Shown: piece by piece, positions 37,506 to 48,229 of the stretch
How the letters are laid out: each line of letters starts with the position of its first letter
Position numbering within the stretch: position 1 is the first letter of the stretch
Assembly (NCBI GenBank): GCA_032128115.1
Contig: JAQBHB010000082.1
Coordinates: 1 to 64,000 of the forward strand
Length of the DNA stretch: 64,000 bases
Source: Deltaproteobacteria bacterium
GTDB taxonomy: Bacteria; Myxococcota_A; UBA9160; SMWR01
Direction: 5' to 3'
Made by a program: the position numbers and the translations under genes
The notes under the pieces: model-generated
The model's input: the letters and a program-made list of their open reading frames with translations, nothing else
Told to the model about the DNA's origin: nothing
The model's database searches: none

Positions 37506-37835
37506 TCAATCCATTTCTTCCAGGTCGTGGGCCAGCAGCGCCGATGCATAGCGGTCCGTGAACTGGACGCCCATGCCCGAAGCGTGGGAGTCTCCGTCGC
37601 TGGGGGCTCGGCTCCATACCACGCGGCCCTCGATTTCGTGCAGGCGCTGGGAGCCCGGGAGCTGGAAGCGCATCTTCAGCTGCGCGCCCCGGGCCAGGGG
37701 CTCTTCCGACTGGATGAACAGCCCCCCTGCGCCCAGCGTGGTGGCCAGCTCGCAGCGAAGACCCGTCACGTCCGAGGCGTACTCCACGTGCACGCTCACG
37801 GTGCGTCGTCGATAGCGGCGGCTGGGGTGACTCAA
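37506..37835 (-). CDS. Stand-alone PilZ-domain protein
   Basis: RRYRR, GGLFI, F.LPG, GRVVW, GMGVQF. Confidence 0.88.
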   Translation of the reverse strand: MSHPSRRYRRRTVSVHVEYASDVTGLRCELATTLGAGGLFIQSEEPLARGAQLKMRFQLPGSQRLHEIEGRVVWSRAPSDGDSHASGMGVQFTDRYASALLAHDLEEMD

Positions 37836-37854
37836 GTGCGGTTCCGTCCCTGCA

Positions 37855-40800
37855 TCAAAGGCTCTCCATCCAGGCGTGCAGGGTGCGGCGCAGCAGGCAG
37901 TCGGCGGCCGGTGTGCCCGACACCAGATCCGTCAGGTCCGTCGAGGGACCCAGGTCGCGGATCGAGCCGTCTGCGGCTTCCCGCACCAGACCCTCGAGGG
38001 CCGCGCGCAGATCGCCGCCGCCGTCGTCCAGAGCCACGGCCTGTGCCAGGGTGCGCACCTGCATTCGCCATGTCGAAATATCCACCGCGCAAAGCGCTTC
38101 CAGGGAGTGGCCGGCCAGCGTGCGTCGCAATCGCCGGCGTGAGCGCCAACCCAGGGCGGCGGAAAAGGAGTTCACCAGGGCACCGTCGCCGTGCACCTCC
38201 GCGGGTTCGAGAACCAGGGTCGCCAGGACCTGGAGCACCTCGCCAAGCTTTTCATCGCTCAGGGGCAGCAGGGCCGGCGCCGTGAGGCTGGCCTCGGCGG
38301 CGAGCACCGACGTGGTGAAGTCGTCGGGCGACGGCAGCTTCGGATTCTCGGTGGCGTCCAGGGCCTGGCGGATTTCGCGCGCCGCTCCATGGGCCAGCCG
38401 CCGCAGGGCTTCGGAAACCCGGTCGGGAAGCTGGCGTTCGGACGCGACGCGCAGGCTCAGGGTCATGGGGGCTTCCTCCCGCTCCCGCTCCGAAGCGATC
38501 CCCAGCGCGCGCAGGATCGTGAGGCCGTTGGTCAGCGCCGTGTCGCGGCACTGGTCACGTGCGATGTCGAGCAGCGTGCGCAGGGAAGCCCGGTGGGTGG
38601 GGTCCGAATCCAGGAGTACGCGCAGATGGTCCAGGGCCAGCCGCCATTGGTCGGGTGTGCGGGCCAGCAGACCGGCCAGGGTCTGTCGCGCCTCGTCGCG
38701 GTCCGGGTCCAGTTGGACGGCCCGCTGGTAGACGACGATGGCGCTGCCGAAATCCTCCAGGGGGCCGGCCAGGAGTTGACCCAGCTGCTCCAGGGACTCC
38801 GTGAGTCCGGCCAGATTGGCACCGCCGTGCAGCGTTACGAATTCGCGCAAGGTGTCCGCGGCGGCCTGCCAGTCGCCCAGGGTCCGCAACAGCCGAGCGC
38901 GCGAGAGGGCGGCGTCGGCGCAGTGGGGGGCAGCGATGCCGTAGGCCTCCGCCGCGCCACGCAGGTCGCCGCCTTCCTCCAGGACCTGTCCGCGGGTGAG
39001 CGCCAGGGGCGTCACCACGTCGGCGTCTTCCAGGCCGGCCAGGGCCAGTGTGCTGGTGGCCAGGGCTTCGTCGTTTCGATCCGTCGTGCGCAGGAAATCG
39101 GTCAACATCCGCCAGGCGCGGCCACAGCCCGGGTCCGCTTCCAGGATCTGGCGCAGATGGCGCTCGGCGGCGGCGTGCTGCCCGTCGCTTCGAATCTCCC
39201 ACTCGGCGGCCCGCAGCAGACGCGACGCGCGCACGCTCGGCTCGTCGGCCAACGCGGCCCAGCGCTCGAGGCACGCGATGCCCACCTCGATGTGGTCGTT
39301 GGCCTCGTGGAGCGCGGCGATCTGCAGGTGGGCTTCGTCCAGGGTCGGGTCGTCGCGGATGGCCGCCTCGAAGCGCTCCAGCGCCGCCTCGGGCTCTCCC
39401 ACGGCGACGAAGTGCATTCCCACCAGCGTCAGATGCTGCGCGCGGGCCGGGTAGACGTCGCCGCGGTCCAGACGTGTTTCCAATGCCCGTCGGGCACCGG
39501 CCAGGTCGCCAAGCTCTGCCAGGGACTCGCCGCGACCGGCCAGGGCGTCGGGATGGTCCGGCTGCGAGGCCAGCACCAGCGAGAAGAAGCGCAGGGCGTC
39601 CACGGCGCGCCCCACCTGGCGGGCGGCGGCGCCACCGGCCAGGGCGGCCATCACGGCCAGCTCGTCCGCCTCCGAGCCCAGCGCGTCGGCCAGCTCCAGG
39701 GCGGTGTTGGCGGCTTCCAGCGCCTCGTCGGAGGCGGCGAGTACCTGGGCGATGCGGGCCAGGGTCGTCTGGCCGCGCACGTCGCCGGGATCGCGTTCCA
39801 CCGCGGCTCGCGTCAGGTCCAGTGCCCGCTGCAGGTCGTCCGCTTCGCAGATCGATGCGGCCTGCAACAGGCGATGGGCAGCCTCGTGACCCGAAAGCAG
39901 CATGGACGCTCGCCACAACGCCTCGACGGCGCGGCTCTGGTTGCCGAGTTCTTCGCGCAGGCACGCAGCCAGATCCCAGGCGCGCACGGATCGCTCGTCG
40001 CAGGTGAGCGCGCGGTCCACCCGATTCACGGCGTCGCCCGTGCGCCCGAGGCTCACCAACGCATCCGCCACTTCCAGGTGGTCGTCACAGCTGGCGCCCG
40101 CTTCCGGATCATCGCACCAGGCGCCAAGCACACGGCTAAACGAGGCCAGGTCGCCGACGCGACGGTGCAGGTCTGCCAGCACCCGGCGCTGGTGCGTGGT
40201 GAGGTCGCCCAGAGCCTCTGCCGACTGGTAGGCGGCAAGGGCGCGCTCGTCTTCCCGGCTCTGGTTCAAGGCGAGCGAGGCCACGTGCAGCCAGATCGCG
40301 CGCCGCCGCTCCGGGTCGGCTTCGCAAAGGCTGGACGCCTCGCGCTCGTAGTAGTCCAGGGCGCTGCTCCAGTCCTCCATCTCCTCGAAGAGCTCCTGGA
40401 GCGCGTGCATGGAATCCGGGTCGGTCTCGTCTGCTTCCAGGGCCGCGGTGAACGAGCGAACGGCGAGTGCATTGGATCCGAGCTCTCGCCACAGGATCTG
40501 TCCGAGTCGGTGGTGCAGGGCCGCGCGCTCGCTCTGCGGCCGCGAGGCCGCAAGCTCGATCTCGAGTTCGAGCGCGTGCACGGCACCCGGCCAGTCGCGG
40601 ATGCGCTCGCAGGTCCGGCTCAATCCCCGGACCCCCAGCAGGCTGTCGGGGGCGAGGTCCACCAGCTTTCGATAGGCCGCGGCCGCCGAGGCGGGCGTGT
40701 GCAGCTTCTGTTCGCACAGGGTCGCCAGGTCGAGCCACCGCTCGGCGTCCTCGGGCTCTCGGGTCAGCCGCGCGGTCAGCCGGGCCTCGAGCTCGATCAC

Positions 40801-43800
40801 GTGGTGTTCGGTTTCCAGCAGTCGGAGCAGGGATTCTTCCGCGGCCCGTCGGCCGGCGTTCCCTGCAGACGCAGGGTCGTCGGACGCCTCGTCCACCGCG
40901 CAGCGCAGATGCCGCAGAGCGGCCTCGCGACGGCCCAGGTCGTTCTCGTAGGCGCCCGCCAGCTCCCGGTGCAGCTCCAGGCGGCGGTCGGCGAACACGG
41001 GCGCGTCCGGATCGAGCGCCGACAGCTCCGCCTCGGCGCAACGCGCCCAGGCGTCCAGGGGACCTCTGGCGCGCAGGGCCTGGCCCAGGGCGCGCAGCAG
41101 CTCCGCCCGCAGGGGGCTGGGATCCGGCGCTTCGGCCACGGCCCGCATCAGGTGGTAGACCGCGCGGTGCGGATCCGAGAGCGTGTCCGCGTACAGCGCG
41201 CCGGCTTCGCACCACACGGCCACGCGTTCCTCGGGCGCAGCGATGCCAGCCAGCGCTTCCAGGATCTCGGCGCGCTCCCGGTGGCGGCCGAGGACCGCGT
41301 ACAGGCGGTCGAGAGCCTGGAGCACGCCCAGATGGTTGGGATCGATCTTGCGCGCCGATTCCAGATCCGCGAGGGCCAGGGCCGGCGATTCCAGCTGCGA
41401 CTCGAGCACGCGCGCGCGCTCGGTGAGGATTTCCAGCTTGCGCGCACCGTCATGCACCAGCCGGAGTTCGTAGTCGAGCGCCAACAACTGGGCCCCGGGG
41501 CGTTCGGCCGCCTTGTGGATGTTCGCGATCCGCTGCAGGACGCCGCTGTCTTCGGGTCGCAGCGCGCGCAGGCGTTCGAGCCAGGGAAGGGCGGCGTCGG
41601 GAGAAAGCTTCTCGGTGGCCGTGGCGACGGCCTGTTCGAGGACGGCGGTGCGCGTCTCGTCGTCGCGGCCGTCGGATTCGGCATACAGCAGATCCAGCGC
41701 TTCGGCCCAGCGACCCTGGGATTCCAGCACCGCGCGCAGCTCCGCGCGAAGCACCGGGCTGCGACTGTCCAGGGCCAGCGCTTCGCGAAGGCAGGTGACG
41801 GCCTCTTCGGGTCGATTCATCACGTGAGCCAGGGTCGAGCCTCGACGTGCCAGCAGGCCGGCGCGCGCCGCCGGTGTCTGCCAGCGATCCAGGGCGCCGT
41901 CCAGGATCTCGAGAGTCGCCTGGTCGTCGCCGAGCACCTCGGCCATGGCCAGGGCGCGGTCCAGCGCATCCTCGTGGGCCGGGTCCAGCCGGAGCACGCG
42001 GCGCAGGTGGGTCAGCGCCTGGGCCGGACGGCCCAGTTGCGAGGCCTGGATCGCCGCCAGCTCTACGCGCGCCTGGATTTCTTCGCGCCCGGCCATCTGC
42101 TGGATCGACGACTCGATCAGCTGCGCCAGCTCTTCCGGTTGATCCAGCTCGCGGTACAGCTCGCGCAGGGCCGCGCGGGCTTCCCGATCGTCCGGGCGCT
42201 CGTGCAGGACGCGCTGGTAGGCCGAAACTGAATCGCGCTTCTCGCCGCAGTGTCGCAAGCCGCTGCCCAGACGCAGCAACCAGTTGGCGCGCTCGGCAGA
42301 GTCCTCGGTGGCAGCCGACGTGCGCGTGCACAGGTCCACCAGCTCCTGGTGGTATCCGGCCTTTTCGTACAGGTCGGCCAGGGGCTCGGCGACGACGGCC
42401 TCGGGTCCGATGTCGCTCACTGCCGATTCCAGGGCCGAGATCGCGCCGTCCACGTCGTCCAGGTGGTTGGCTCGCAGTCCGGCAATGCGGATTTGCAGCG
42501 AGGCCCTTCGCGCCGCTGCGTCGTCGCCGACCTTGCCGTCTCCGGTGGCGCCGCCCACGGCATCGAGTCGGGCCTCCAGGACCTGCACGACCCGCGTGTA
42601 CTGACCCTCGCGCTCGAAGGGTGCGATCAGGTACTCGGCCGCCGCGCTGTGAGAGGGATCGAGCTCGAAGATGCGTTCGTAGTGGGCGCGCGCGCGCCGG
42701 TCGTCGGAGAGCGCTCGCGTGTACAGAGCGGCCGCCTGGGTGCGCAGGGTCAACTCCCGCTCCGGATCCGGATTGGCCGCAAGCTCGCCCTCGAGCGCCC
42801 TCACCACATCCCGGTGGCGTCCGTCGGACTCGTACATCTGGGCCAGGTCGCGCCACGGGTGGGGACGTCGGGGCGCCAGTCGCGCGGCGTGTTCGAAATG
42901 GTCAGCTGCGCCCTCCGGGTCGCCCAGGCGATCGAGGCAGAGACGGCCCATGCGCTGGTGGCGCTCCGCGTCCTCGTCCGCGGTGCCACTGTCGAGTGTC
43001 GCGTGGAGATGATCGCGCAGCTGTGACCAGGCGCCCTGGCGTTCGAACAGGAGATCGAGCCGCTCGCTGGCCTCGCGTCGGATCGCCGCGTTGGCGCTGG
43101 TGCTGGCCAGGCGGCGGAAGGTGTCGGCGGCCGCGTCCACCCGGTCTTCCGCATCCTGCAGGAGCACAGCGGATTCGAGCGCCCGCTGGTCGCGGGTCCC
43201 GGGATCGTCGCTGGTCTGCGCCTGGTCGGCCAGGAATCCGGCCAGCGCCTCGGCGTCGCCCGCGGCCCGCCAGGCGCTCTCGAGCCCTTCCTGGGCCTGT
43301 GGGTCCCCGGTGGCGGCGTGCGCTTCGCCGAAGGCGGCGGCGGCTTCATCGAAGCGGTGGAGCTGTAGCAGGCGTTGGCCCAGGGCCAGCGCGATGGCGC
43401 CGAACTCTGGACTCCCGGGCCGCAGCTTGTCCTTGCGAGCGCGCAGGCGATCCGCCAGCGCCTCGTGCTGACCGGCGGCTTCCAGCAGTGCGTCCAGGCG
43501 TTCCCCCACGTCTTCCGGAGCGCCCTCGGTGGCTGACAGGCGAATCAACACGTCGATGGCGCCATGCAGATCGCCCAGGCGTTCGGCCAGAACGCTGGCC
43601 AGTCCGTCGAGGAAGAAGGCATTGCGGGGCGGCGGCAGCAGGTCGGCCAGGCGTTCCCGGGTGCGCACCAGGTCGTGCACGCGGTTGGCGACGTCGTATT
43701 GCACCGAGAGCGCTTCCAGGGCTTCCACGTCGTCGGGCATCACTTCGAGCGCTGCCTCGTAGCAGCGGATCGCCTCCTCGCGGCGTCCCGCGGCCTGGTG

Positions 43801-45711
43801 AAGCGTGCCCAGTCGCCGGCGCAGGGCCGCCGCCTCGGGCCCCTCCGCCAAGGCCTCGAGGCGCGTGAGAACCTGCAACAGCTCCGGCTCGTCGTCGGCG
43901 CTGTCAAGCAGTCGAGCCCACTCGGTCAACGGCTCGCCGGCATCTGGTGTGATGTCCGACCAGCGCTGCGCCCAGCCACGCGCCACCTGAAGCTCGCCCC
44001 GCGACTCGGCCGTGCGCATCAGCTCGCGCATGAGCCAGGCCAGGCGCGTCGGGTCGGAGGTGAATTCCACCTCGCGCTCGTACGCGGCTCGCACCGCCGT
44101 CGGGTCGTTGCCGGTCTCTGCCAGGTGTTGCAGGCCGCGATGCGCGGCGGCGAACTGGGGGTCCACGTCCAGGGCCTCCTGGAAGGCGCGGGTCGCGGCT
44201 GCCGGATTCTCGAGCTGTTTCTCCAGGAGTTCGCCCAGCGAACACAGAAAGGCTGCGCGTTGTTCGGTGGGGCCGTCGTGGCCGGCGGCTTCAAGCAGTT
44301 CGCGAAGCTCTTCCCAGGATTCCGACTTGCGGTAGATGCGATCGAGGCTGCTCGCGACACCCGGGGCGGCCGGTCGGGCTTCGAAGGCCCGCTGCAGTGC
44401 CTGCAGCTGAGCGCACGGATCGTCCAGTTGATTGGCCTGGATCCCGGCGAGTTCCACCAGGATCAGTGCGCGCGCACCGGGATCGCCCGCCGCGAGCTCG
44501 GCGCGTTGCTCCATCACGTCTACCAGCTCTTCGTAGCGACCCAATCGCACCAGGGCTTCGGACAGCGCCGCGCTCACCATGGCGTCGCTGGGTGCCGCTG
44601 CGAGCGCCTGCTGCAGGAATTCCAGGGCCCCCAGATCGTCGCCGCGGGTGCTGTAGATCGACGCCACCTCGAGCAGCGCCCAGATCGGCGGCGATCCGGC
44701 GCAGAGTTCGAGCACGCGCTCGGCGCATCGGAGCAGCTGGGACTCGTCTCCTCGCTCGCGCGCCACGTCCGCCAGAGCCTGGTACGCGGGCGGGAACTCG
44801 GGCATCAGGTTCACGGCACGCTCGAGCCAGGTCTGCGCCATGCTCAGGTCGCGAACGTGCACGTGCTGGACGCGACCCGCCTCCAGCGCGATCCCGGCGC
44901 GCTCGCCGGGATTGCGGACCAGCTCATAACGGCGCTCCAGCAGATCGGACAACAGGTTCCAGTTTCCCGCCGCCGCGGCGTGGGCGGACAGGGCCTCGCT
45001 GGCCGCCAGGTTCCGGGGATCGTCGGTGAGCGCCCGCCGATACAGCTCGCCGGCCCGGTTGGCGTCGGCCGCCTCGACAAGTTGCGCCTGGCAAACCAGG
45101 GCCCGCGCCCGCTCGGTCCCTTCCAGGTGCGGAATCAGGCGTTGCCAGGCCAACGCAGCCTCTGGATTGCGGCCGCAGGCCGTAAGGGCGCGCGCCGCCC
45201 CGGCCAGAGCCCTGGCGTTTTCTGGATTCACGGCCAGCGCGCGCTCGAACTCGGCGCAGGCGGCCGCCGGATCGTCCAGGTGGTCGAGCCAGATGCTGGC
45301 GATCTCGGCCAACAGGGCGGCGCGCTCCACGACCGGCATGGGCAGGACCGACTCCATCTCGGCGATCTGAAGGGCCATGTCCCACTGCTCGCGGCCGGTG
45401 TGGATCTCGCGGAGCTTGCGAAGTGCGGGACGCAGCTCGGAGTTGGCGCGGAGGGCCTCGCTATAGCAGGCGACGGCCGCGTCCACGTCGCCGCGACGAT
45501 CCTCGAGGATCTGGGCCTTTCGCATCAGGACGGCGGCTCGGGCCTTGTTGTCTTCCCCCATGGGAAGGGACGCCAGTCGCTCGTCATAGAGCCCCATGAG
45601 CTCGTCCCACTCCGCGGCCAGGAAGTGGTGCTCCTCGAGGGCCTCGAATATCTGCTTTGCAGCCGGGTCTGCGCGGAAGCGCTCCCACAGCCGTTCCAAC
45701 CTCGGGTTCAC
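37855..45711 (-). CDS. Giant tetratricopeptide-repeat protein (2618 aa)
   Basis: Uninterrupted 7.9-kb ORF of TPR-like units (A...Y..AL..DP....A...L..LY....W..L...LE); no signal peptide seen. Confidence 0.92.
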   Translation of the reverse strand: MNPRLERLWERFRADPAAKQIFEALEEHHFLAAEWDELMGLYDERLASLPMGEDNKARAAVLMRKAQILEDRRGDVDAAVACYSEALRANSELRPALRKLREIHTGREQWDMALQIAEMESVLPMPVVERAALLAEIASIWLDHLDDPAAACAEFERALAVNPENARALAGAARALTACGRNPEAALAWQRLIPHLEGTERARALVCQAQLVEAADANRAGELYRRALTDDPRNLAASEALSAHAAAAGNWNLLSDLLERRYELVRNPGERAGIALEAGRVQHVHVRDLSMAQTWLERAVNLMPEFPPAYQALADVARERGDESQLLRCAERVLELCAGSPPIWALLEVASIYSTRGDDLGALEFLQQALAAAPSDAMVSAALSEALVRLGRYEELVDVMEQRAELAAGDPGARALILVELAGIQANQLDDPCAQLQALQRAFEARPAAPGVASSLDRIYRKSESWEELRELLEAAGHDGPTEQRAAFLCSLGELLEKQLENPAAATRAFQEALDVDPQFAAAHRGLQHLAETGNDPTAVRAAYEREVEFTSDPTRLAWLMRELMRTAESRGELQVARGWAQRWSDITPDAGEPLTEWARLLDSADDEPELLQVLTRLEALAEGPEAAALRRRLGTLHQAAGRREEAIRCYEAALEVMPDDVEALEALSVQYDVANRVHDLVRTRERLADLLPPPRNAFFLDGLASVLAERLGDLHGAIDVLIRLSATEGAPEDVGERLDALLEAAGQHEALADRLRARKDKLRPGSPEFGAIALALGQRLLQLHRFDEAAAAFGEAHAATGDPQAQEGLESAWRAAGDAEALAGFLADQAQTSDDPGTRDQRALESAVLLQDAEDRVDAAADTFRRLASTSANAAIRREASERLDLLFERQGAWSQLRDHLHATLDSGTADEDAERHQRMGRLCLDRLGDPEGAADHFEHAARLAPRRPHPWRDLAQMYESDGRHRDVVRALEGELAANPDPERELTLRTQAAALYTRALSDDRRARAHYERIFELDPSHSAAAEYLIAPFEREGQYTRVVQVLEARLDAVGGATGDGKVGDDAAARRASLQIRIAGLRANHLDDVDGAISALESAVSDIGPEAVVAEPLADLYEKAGYHQELVDLCTRTSAATEDSAERANWLLRLGSGLRHCGEKRDSVSAYQRVLHERPDDREARAALRELYRELDQPEELAQLIESSIQQMAGREEIQARVELAAIQASQLGRPAQALTHLRRVLRLDPAHEDALDRALAMAEVLGDDQATLEILDGALDRWQTPAARAGLLARRGSTLAHVMNRPEEAVTCLREALALDSRSPVLRAELRAVLESQGRWAEALDLLYAESDGRDDETRTAVLEQAVATATEKLSPDAALPWLERLRALRPEDSGVLQRIANIHKAAERPGAQLLALDYELRLVHDGARKLEILTERARVLESQLESPALALADLESARKIDPNHLGVLQALDRLYAVLGRHRERAEILEALAGIAAPEERVAVWCEAGALYADTLSDPHRAVYHLMRAVAEAPDPSPLRAELLRALGQALRARGPLDAWARCAEAELSALDPDAPVFADRRLELHRELAGAYENDLGRREAALRHLRCAVDEASDDPASAGNAGRRAAEESLLRLLETEHHVIELEARLTARLTREPEDAERWLDLATLCEQKLHTPASAAAAYRKLVDLAPDSLLGVRGLSRTCERIRDWPGAVHALELEIELAASRPQSERAALHHRLGQILWRELGSNALAVRSFTAALEADETDPDSMHALQELFEEMEDWSSALDYYEREASSLCEADPERRRAIWLHVASLALNQSREDERALAAYQSAEALGDLTTHQRRVLADLHRRVGDLASFSRVLGAWCDDPEAGASCDDHLEVADALVSLGRTGDAVNRVDRALTCDERSVRAWDLAACLREELGNQSRAVEALWRASMLLSGHEAAHRLLQAASICEADDLQRALDLTRAAVERDPGDVRGQTTLARIAQVLAASDEALEAANTALELADALGSEADELAVMAALAGGAAARQVGRAVDALRFFSLVLASQPDHPDALAGRGESLAELGDLAGARRALETRLDRGDVYPARAQHLTLVGMHFVAVGEPEAALERFEAAIRDDPTLDEAHLQIAALHEANDHIEVGIACLERWAALADEPSVRASRLLRAAEWEIRSDGQHAAAERHLRQILEADPGCGRAWRMLTDFLRTTDRNDEALATSTLALAGLEDADVVTPLALTRGQVLEEGGDLRGAAEAYGIAAPHCADAALSRARLLRTLGDWQAAADTLREFVTLHGGANLAGLTESLEQLGQLLAGPLEDFGSAIVVYQRAVQLDPDRDEARQTLAGLLARTPDQWRLALDHLRVLLDSDPTHRASLRTLLDIARDQCRDTALTNGLTILRALGIASEREREEAPMTLSLRVASERQLPDRVSEALRRLAHGAAREIRQALDATENPKLPSPDDFTTSVLAAEASLTAPALLPLSDEKLGEVLQVLATLVLEPAEVHGDGALVNSFSAALGWRSRRRLRRTLAGHSLEALCAVDISTWRMQVRTLAQAVALDDGGGDLRAALEGLVREAADGSIRDLGPSTDLTDLVSGTPAADCLLRRTLHAWMESL

Positions 45712-45862
45712 GCGAACTCCCGGCGCCGGGGGCGCCTCAGGGGGGTTCGACGTTCATCGACCCCGCCGCTGCGGACCTTGATGGCATTCGCTTGCGGCGA
45801 GAGGTGATTTTGATTAGTTTTTTCAAGTGCTTAGGGCCAGAATCGCCGCCTTTGAAAGGGGC

Positions 45863-45949
45863 GAGCGAGGCCCGGGACGGCGCGCCCTACGCCCCAGAGC
45901 GAGGCCCGGGACGGCGCGCCCCACACCCCAGAGCGAGGCCCGAGACGGC
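45863..45949. repeat. 34-bp tandem repeat, 2.5 copies, ending at the ntrY start codon
   Basis: GAGCGAGGCCCGGGACGGCGCGCCCYACRCCCCA x2, then GAGCGAGGCCCGAGACGGC, then ATG. Confidence 0.93.
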
Positions 45950-48226
45950 ATGGCCTTGAACCGCACGTCGAGCGAGCGCGAGCGGCTGCGAACGGCCGCG
46001 CCGAAGCAGCCGAACGAAGCGGGGCTGACACCCGAGCAGCGGCGTCGGCGCCGCCGTGAGTTCTGGATCACGGTGGTGGTGCTGGCGGTCGTGGTCGGCC
46101 TGCTTCTGCTCCAGCCCCTCTCCGGGCTCACCCAGGGCGTGGGCGACAGCGGGTTGTTCCTGCTGGTCAACGCGGTCACGGTGATGCTGATCCTGCTGCT
46201 TGGCTTCCTGGTCACCCGCAACTTCTGGAAGATCGTCGGCGAACGGCGCCTCGGGATCCTGGGTTCGCGGCTCAACCTGAAGTTCGTGGCGGCCATGTTC
46301 CTGGTCGCCTTCGTCGCCACGTCGGGCCTGTTGGTGGCGTCGGCCTTCTTCATCACCCAGTCGATCGACAAGTGGTTCAGCGTGCAGGTGGATCGCGCCC
46401 TGGAAGAGAGCGGTCAGGTGGCGAACCACTACTACCAGTCGACCGCCGAGAGCGCGCTGTTCTACGGCGCGCGCATCGCGGAGCAGATCACGCAGCGCCG
46501 CCTGCTTCGCGAGGACGCGCTGAGCGACCTGGCGGGCTTCGTCCAGGAACGCCAGCGCGAGTACAACCTGGGGGTCGTCGAGGTCTTCAGCGCCACTGGC
46601 GAGGAACTCGTGAGTTCGGTCAACCCCGAGATTCCCGCCGCCAACTTCTCCCGGCACGACGGCGAGCTGGTGCGATCGGCGCTCGACGGTGGCGGGAGCT
46701 GGCGTGTGGAGGAGGTGGGAAGTGGTGACGTGATCCGCGGCGCGGTTCCCATCGCCTCATCGTTCCACCCGGGCGACGCGGTCGGCGCCGTCGTGGTCAA
46801 CACGTTCGTGCCATTCTCGCTGGCGCGCAAGGTGGCGAGCATCCGCACGACCCTGGACGAGTACCGCATCCTGCAGCCCAGCGCGGGTCATATCCGCACG
46901 GCCTACCTGCTGGAGCTGGGACTCGCGTTCCTGATGGTGCTGATGCTCGCCATGTGGATGGGCTTGCGCATCGCCAAGGGCGTGACCGGCCCGATCCGGG
47001 CGTTGGCCGAGGGCAACGCCGAGGTGGCGCGAGGCAACCTGGAAGTGGTGGTGGAGAAGACCTCCGACGACGAAGTCGGATTCCTGGTGCAATCGTTCAA
47101 TCGCATGACCCAAGAGCTTCGCGATGCTCGCGTTCGCATCGACGACTCCAACGCCGAGCGCGAGCAGCGCCGGCGCTACATGGAGGTGGTGCTTGGCACC
47201 ATCGGCGCCGGGGTGGTGTCGGTGGACGCCGAGGGGCGCGTCGGCACCATGAACCCGTCGGCCCAGCGTTATCTGGGCATTTCCGCGGGCGTTGGCGTCA
47301 TCGGCAACAAGCTGGCCGATCTGGGAGCGAGCCCGGAGTTGCTGAATCTGGTGGAGGAGGCGACCCGTCAGCTGCGCCCGGGCCGCCGCGAGAACACCCG
47401 CCGACAGGTCCAGGTGCGTGTCGGAGAGGAGTTGGCCACGCTCTTCGTCAGCGTGACCCTGCTCTACGGCGAGGGTGGGGTGGCGTTGGGTACGGTGATC
47501 GTGCTCGACGACTACACCCAGGTGGTCAAGGTCCAGCGCATGGCCGCCTGGCGCGAGGTGGCGCGGCGCATCGCCCACGAGATCAAGAACCCCCTCACGC
47601 CCATCCAGCTGTCGGCCCAACGGCTGCGTCGACGGTTCCGCAGCCGCCTGTCCGCGGAGCCCGAGGACGAGCGTGTCTTCGACGAGTGCGTTGACGCGAT
47701 CACGACCCAGGTGGAAAGCCTGAAGATGCTGGTGGACGAGTTCTCCAACTTCGCGCGCCTTCCCACGGCGCGACCCGAGCCCGGCGACCTCAACCACATG
47801 GTTCGCGACGCGGTGGTCAGCTACGCCGGAACCGAGGACGTGACGTTCGAAACCCGTCTGGATCCTGCGCTTCCCACGGTGGACCTGGATCGCGAGCAGA
47901 TCCGTCGCGTGCTCACCAATCTGGTCGACAACGCCATTGCCGCGGTGCAGCTGCGGCCCGGCCCCGGTCGCGTTCGGCTGGCAACCGTGTACGACGCGCC
48001 GCTCCAGATCGTTCGCCTGGAAGTTACGGACGACGGCCCGGGCATCTCTCCCGAGGACCGGCGCCGCATATTCGAGCCCTACTTCTCGACCAAGAAGCAG
48101 GGCACCGGTCTCGGACTCGCCATCGTCTCGCGCATTGTCGCCGATCACCACGGCTACATCCGGGTCCAGGCAGCCCAGCCGCGGGGCTCGCGCTTCGTGG
48201 TCGAGCTGCCGGTGCGAGGGACCTAG
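45950..48226 (+). CDS. ntrY: NtrY-like sensor histidine kinase (HAMP, PAS)
   Basis: Several TM helices, SIDKWFS, HAMP (DEVG.L..SFN.M), AAWREVARRIAHEIKNPLTPIQLSAQRL, N/G boxes. Confidence 0.9.
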   Translation: MALNRTSSERERLRTAAPKQPNEAGLTPEQRRRRRREFWITVVVLAVVVGLLLLQPLSGLTQGVGDSGLFLLVNAVTVMLILLLGFLVTRNFWKIVGERRLGILGSRLNLKFVAAMFLVAFVATSGLLVASAFFITQSIDKWFSVQVDRALEESGQVANHYYQSTAESALFYGARIAEQITQRRLLREDALSDLAGFVQERQREYNLGVVEVFSATGEELVSSVNPEIPAANFSRHDGELVRSALDGGGSWRVEEVGSGDVIRGAVPIASSFHPGDAVGAVVVNTFVPFSLARKVASIRTTLDEYRILQPSAGHIRTAYLLELGLAFLMVLMLAMWMGLRIAKGVTGPIRALAEGNAEVARGNLEVVVEKTSDDEVGFLVQSFNRMTQELRDARVRIDDSNAEREQRRRYMEVVLGTIGAGVVSVDAEGRVGTMNPSAQRYLGISAGVGVIGNKLADLGASPELLNLVEEATRQLRPGRRENTRRQVQVRVGEELATLFVSVTLLYGEGGVALGTVIVLDDYTQVVKVQRMAAWREVARRIAHEIKNPLTPIQLSAQRLRRRFRSRLSAEPEDERVFDECVDAITTQVESLKMLVDEFSNFARLPTARPEPGDLNHMVRDAVVSYAGTEDVTFETRLDPALPTVDLDREQIRRVLTNLVDNAIAAVQLRPGPGRVRLATVYDAPLQIVRLEVTDDGPGISPEDRRRIFEPYFSTKKQGTGLGLAIVSRIVADHHGYIRVQAAQPRGSRFVVELPVRGT

Positions 48227-48229
48227 CGG

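Noticed and set aside
45782..45795. TGGCATTCGCTTGC as a sigma54 promoter for ntrY
   Set aside because: GG-to-GC spacing is 9 nt; sigma54 needs 10.
45863..45949. Repeats here, at 13924 and at 33552 as mini-CRISPR arrays
   Set aside because: Units are directly tandem with no unique spacers, there are only 2-3 copies, and no cas genes are present.
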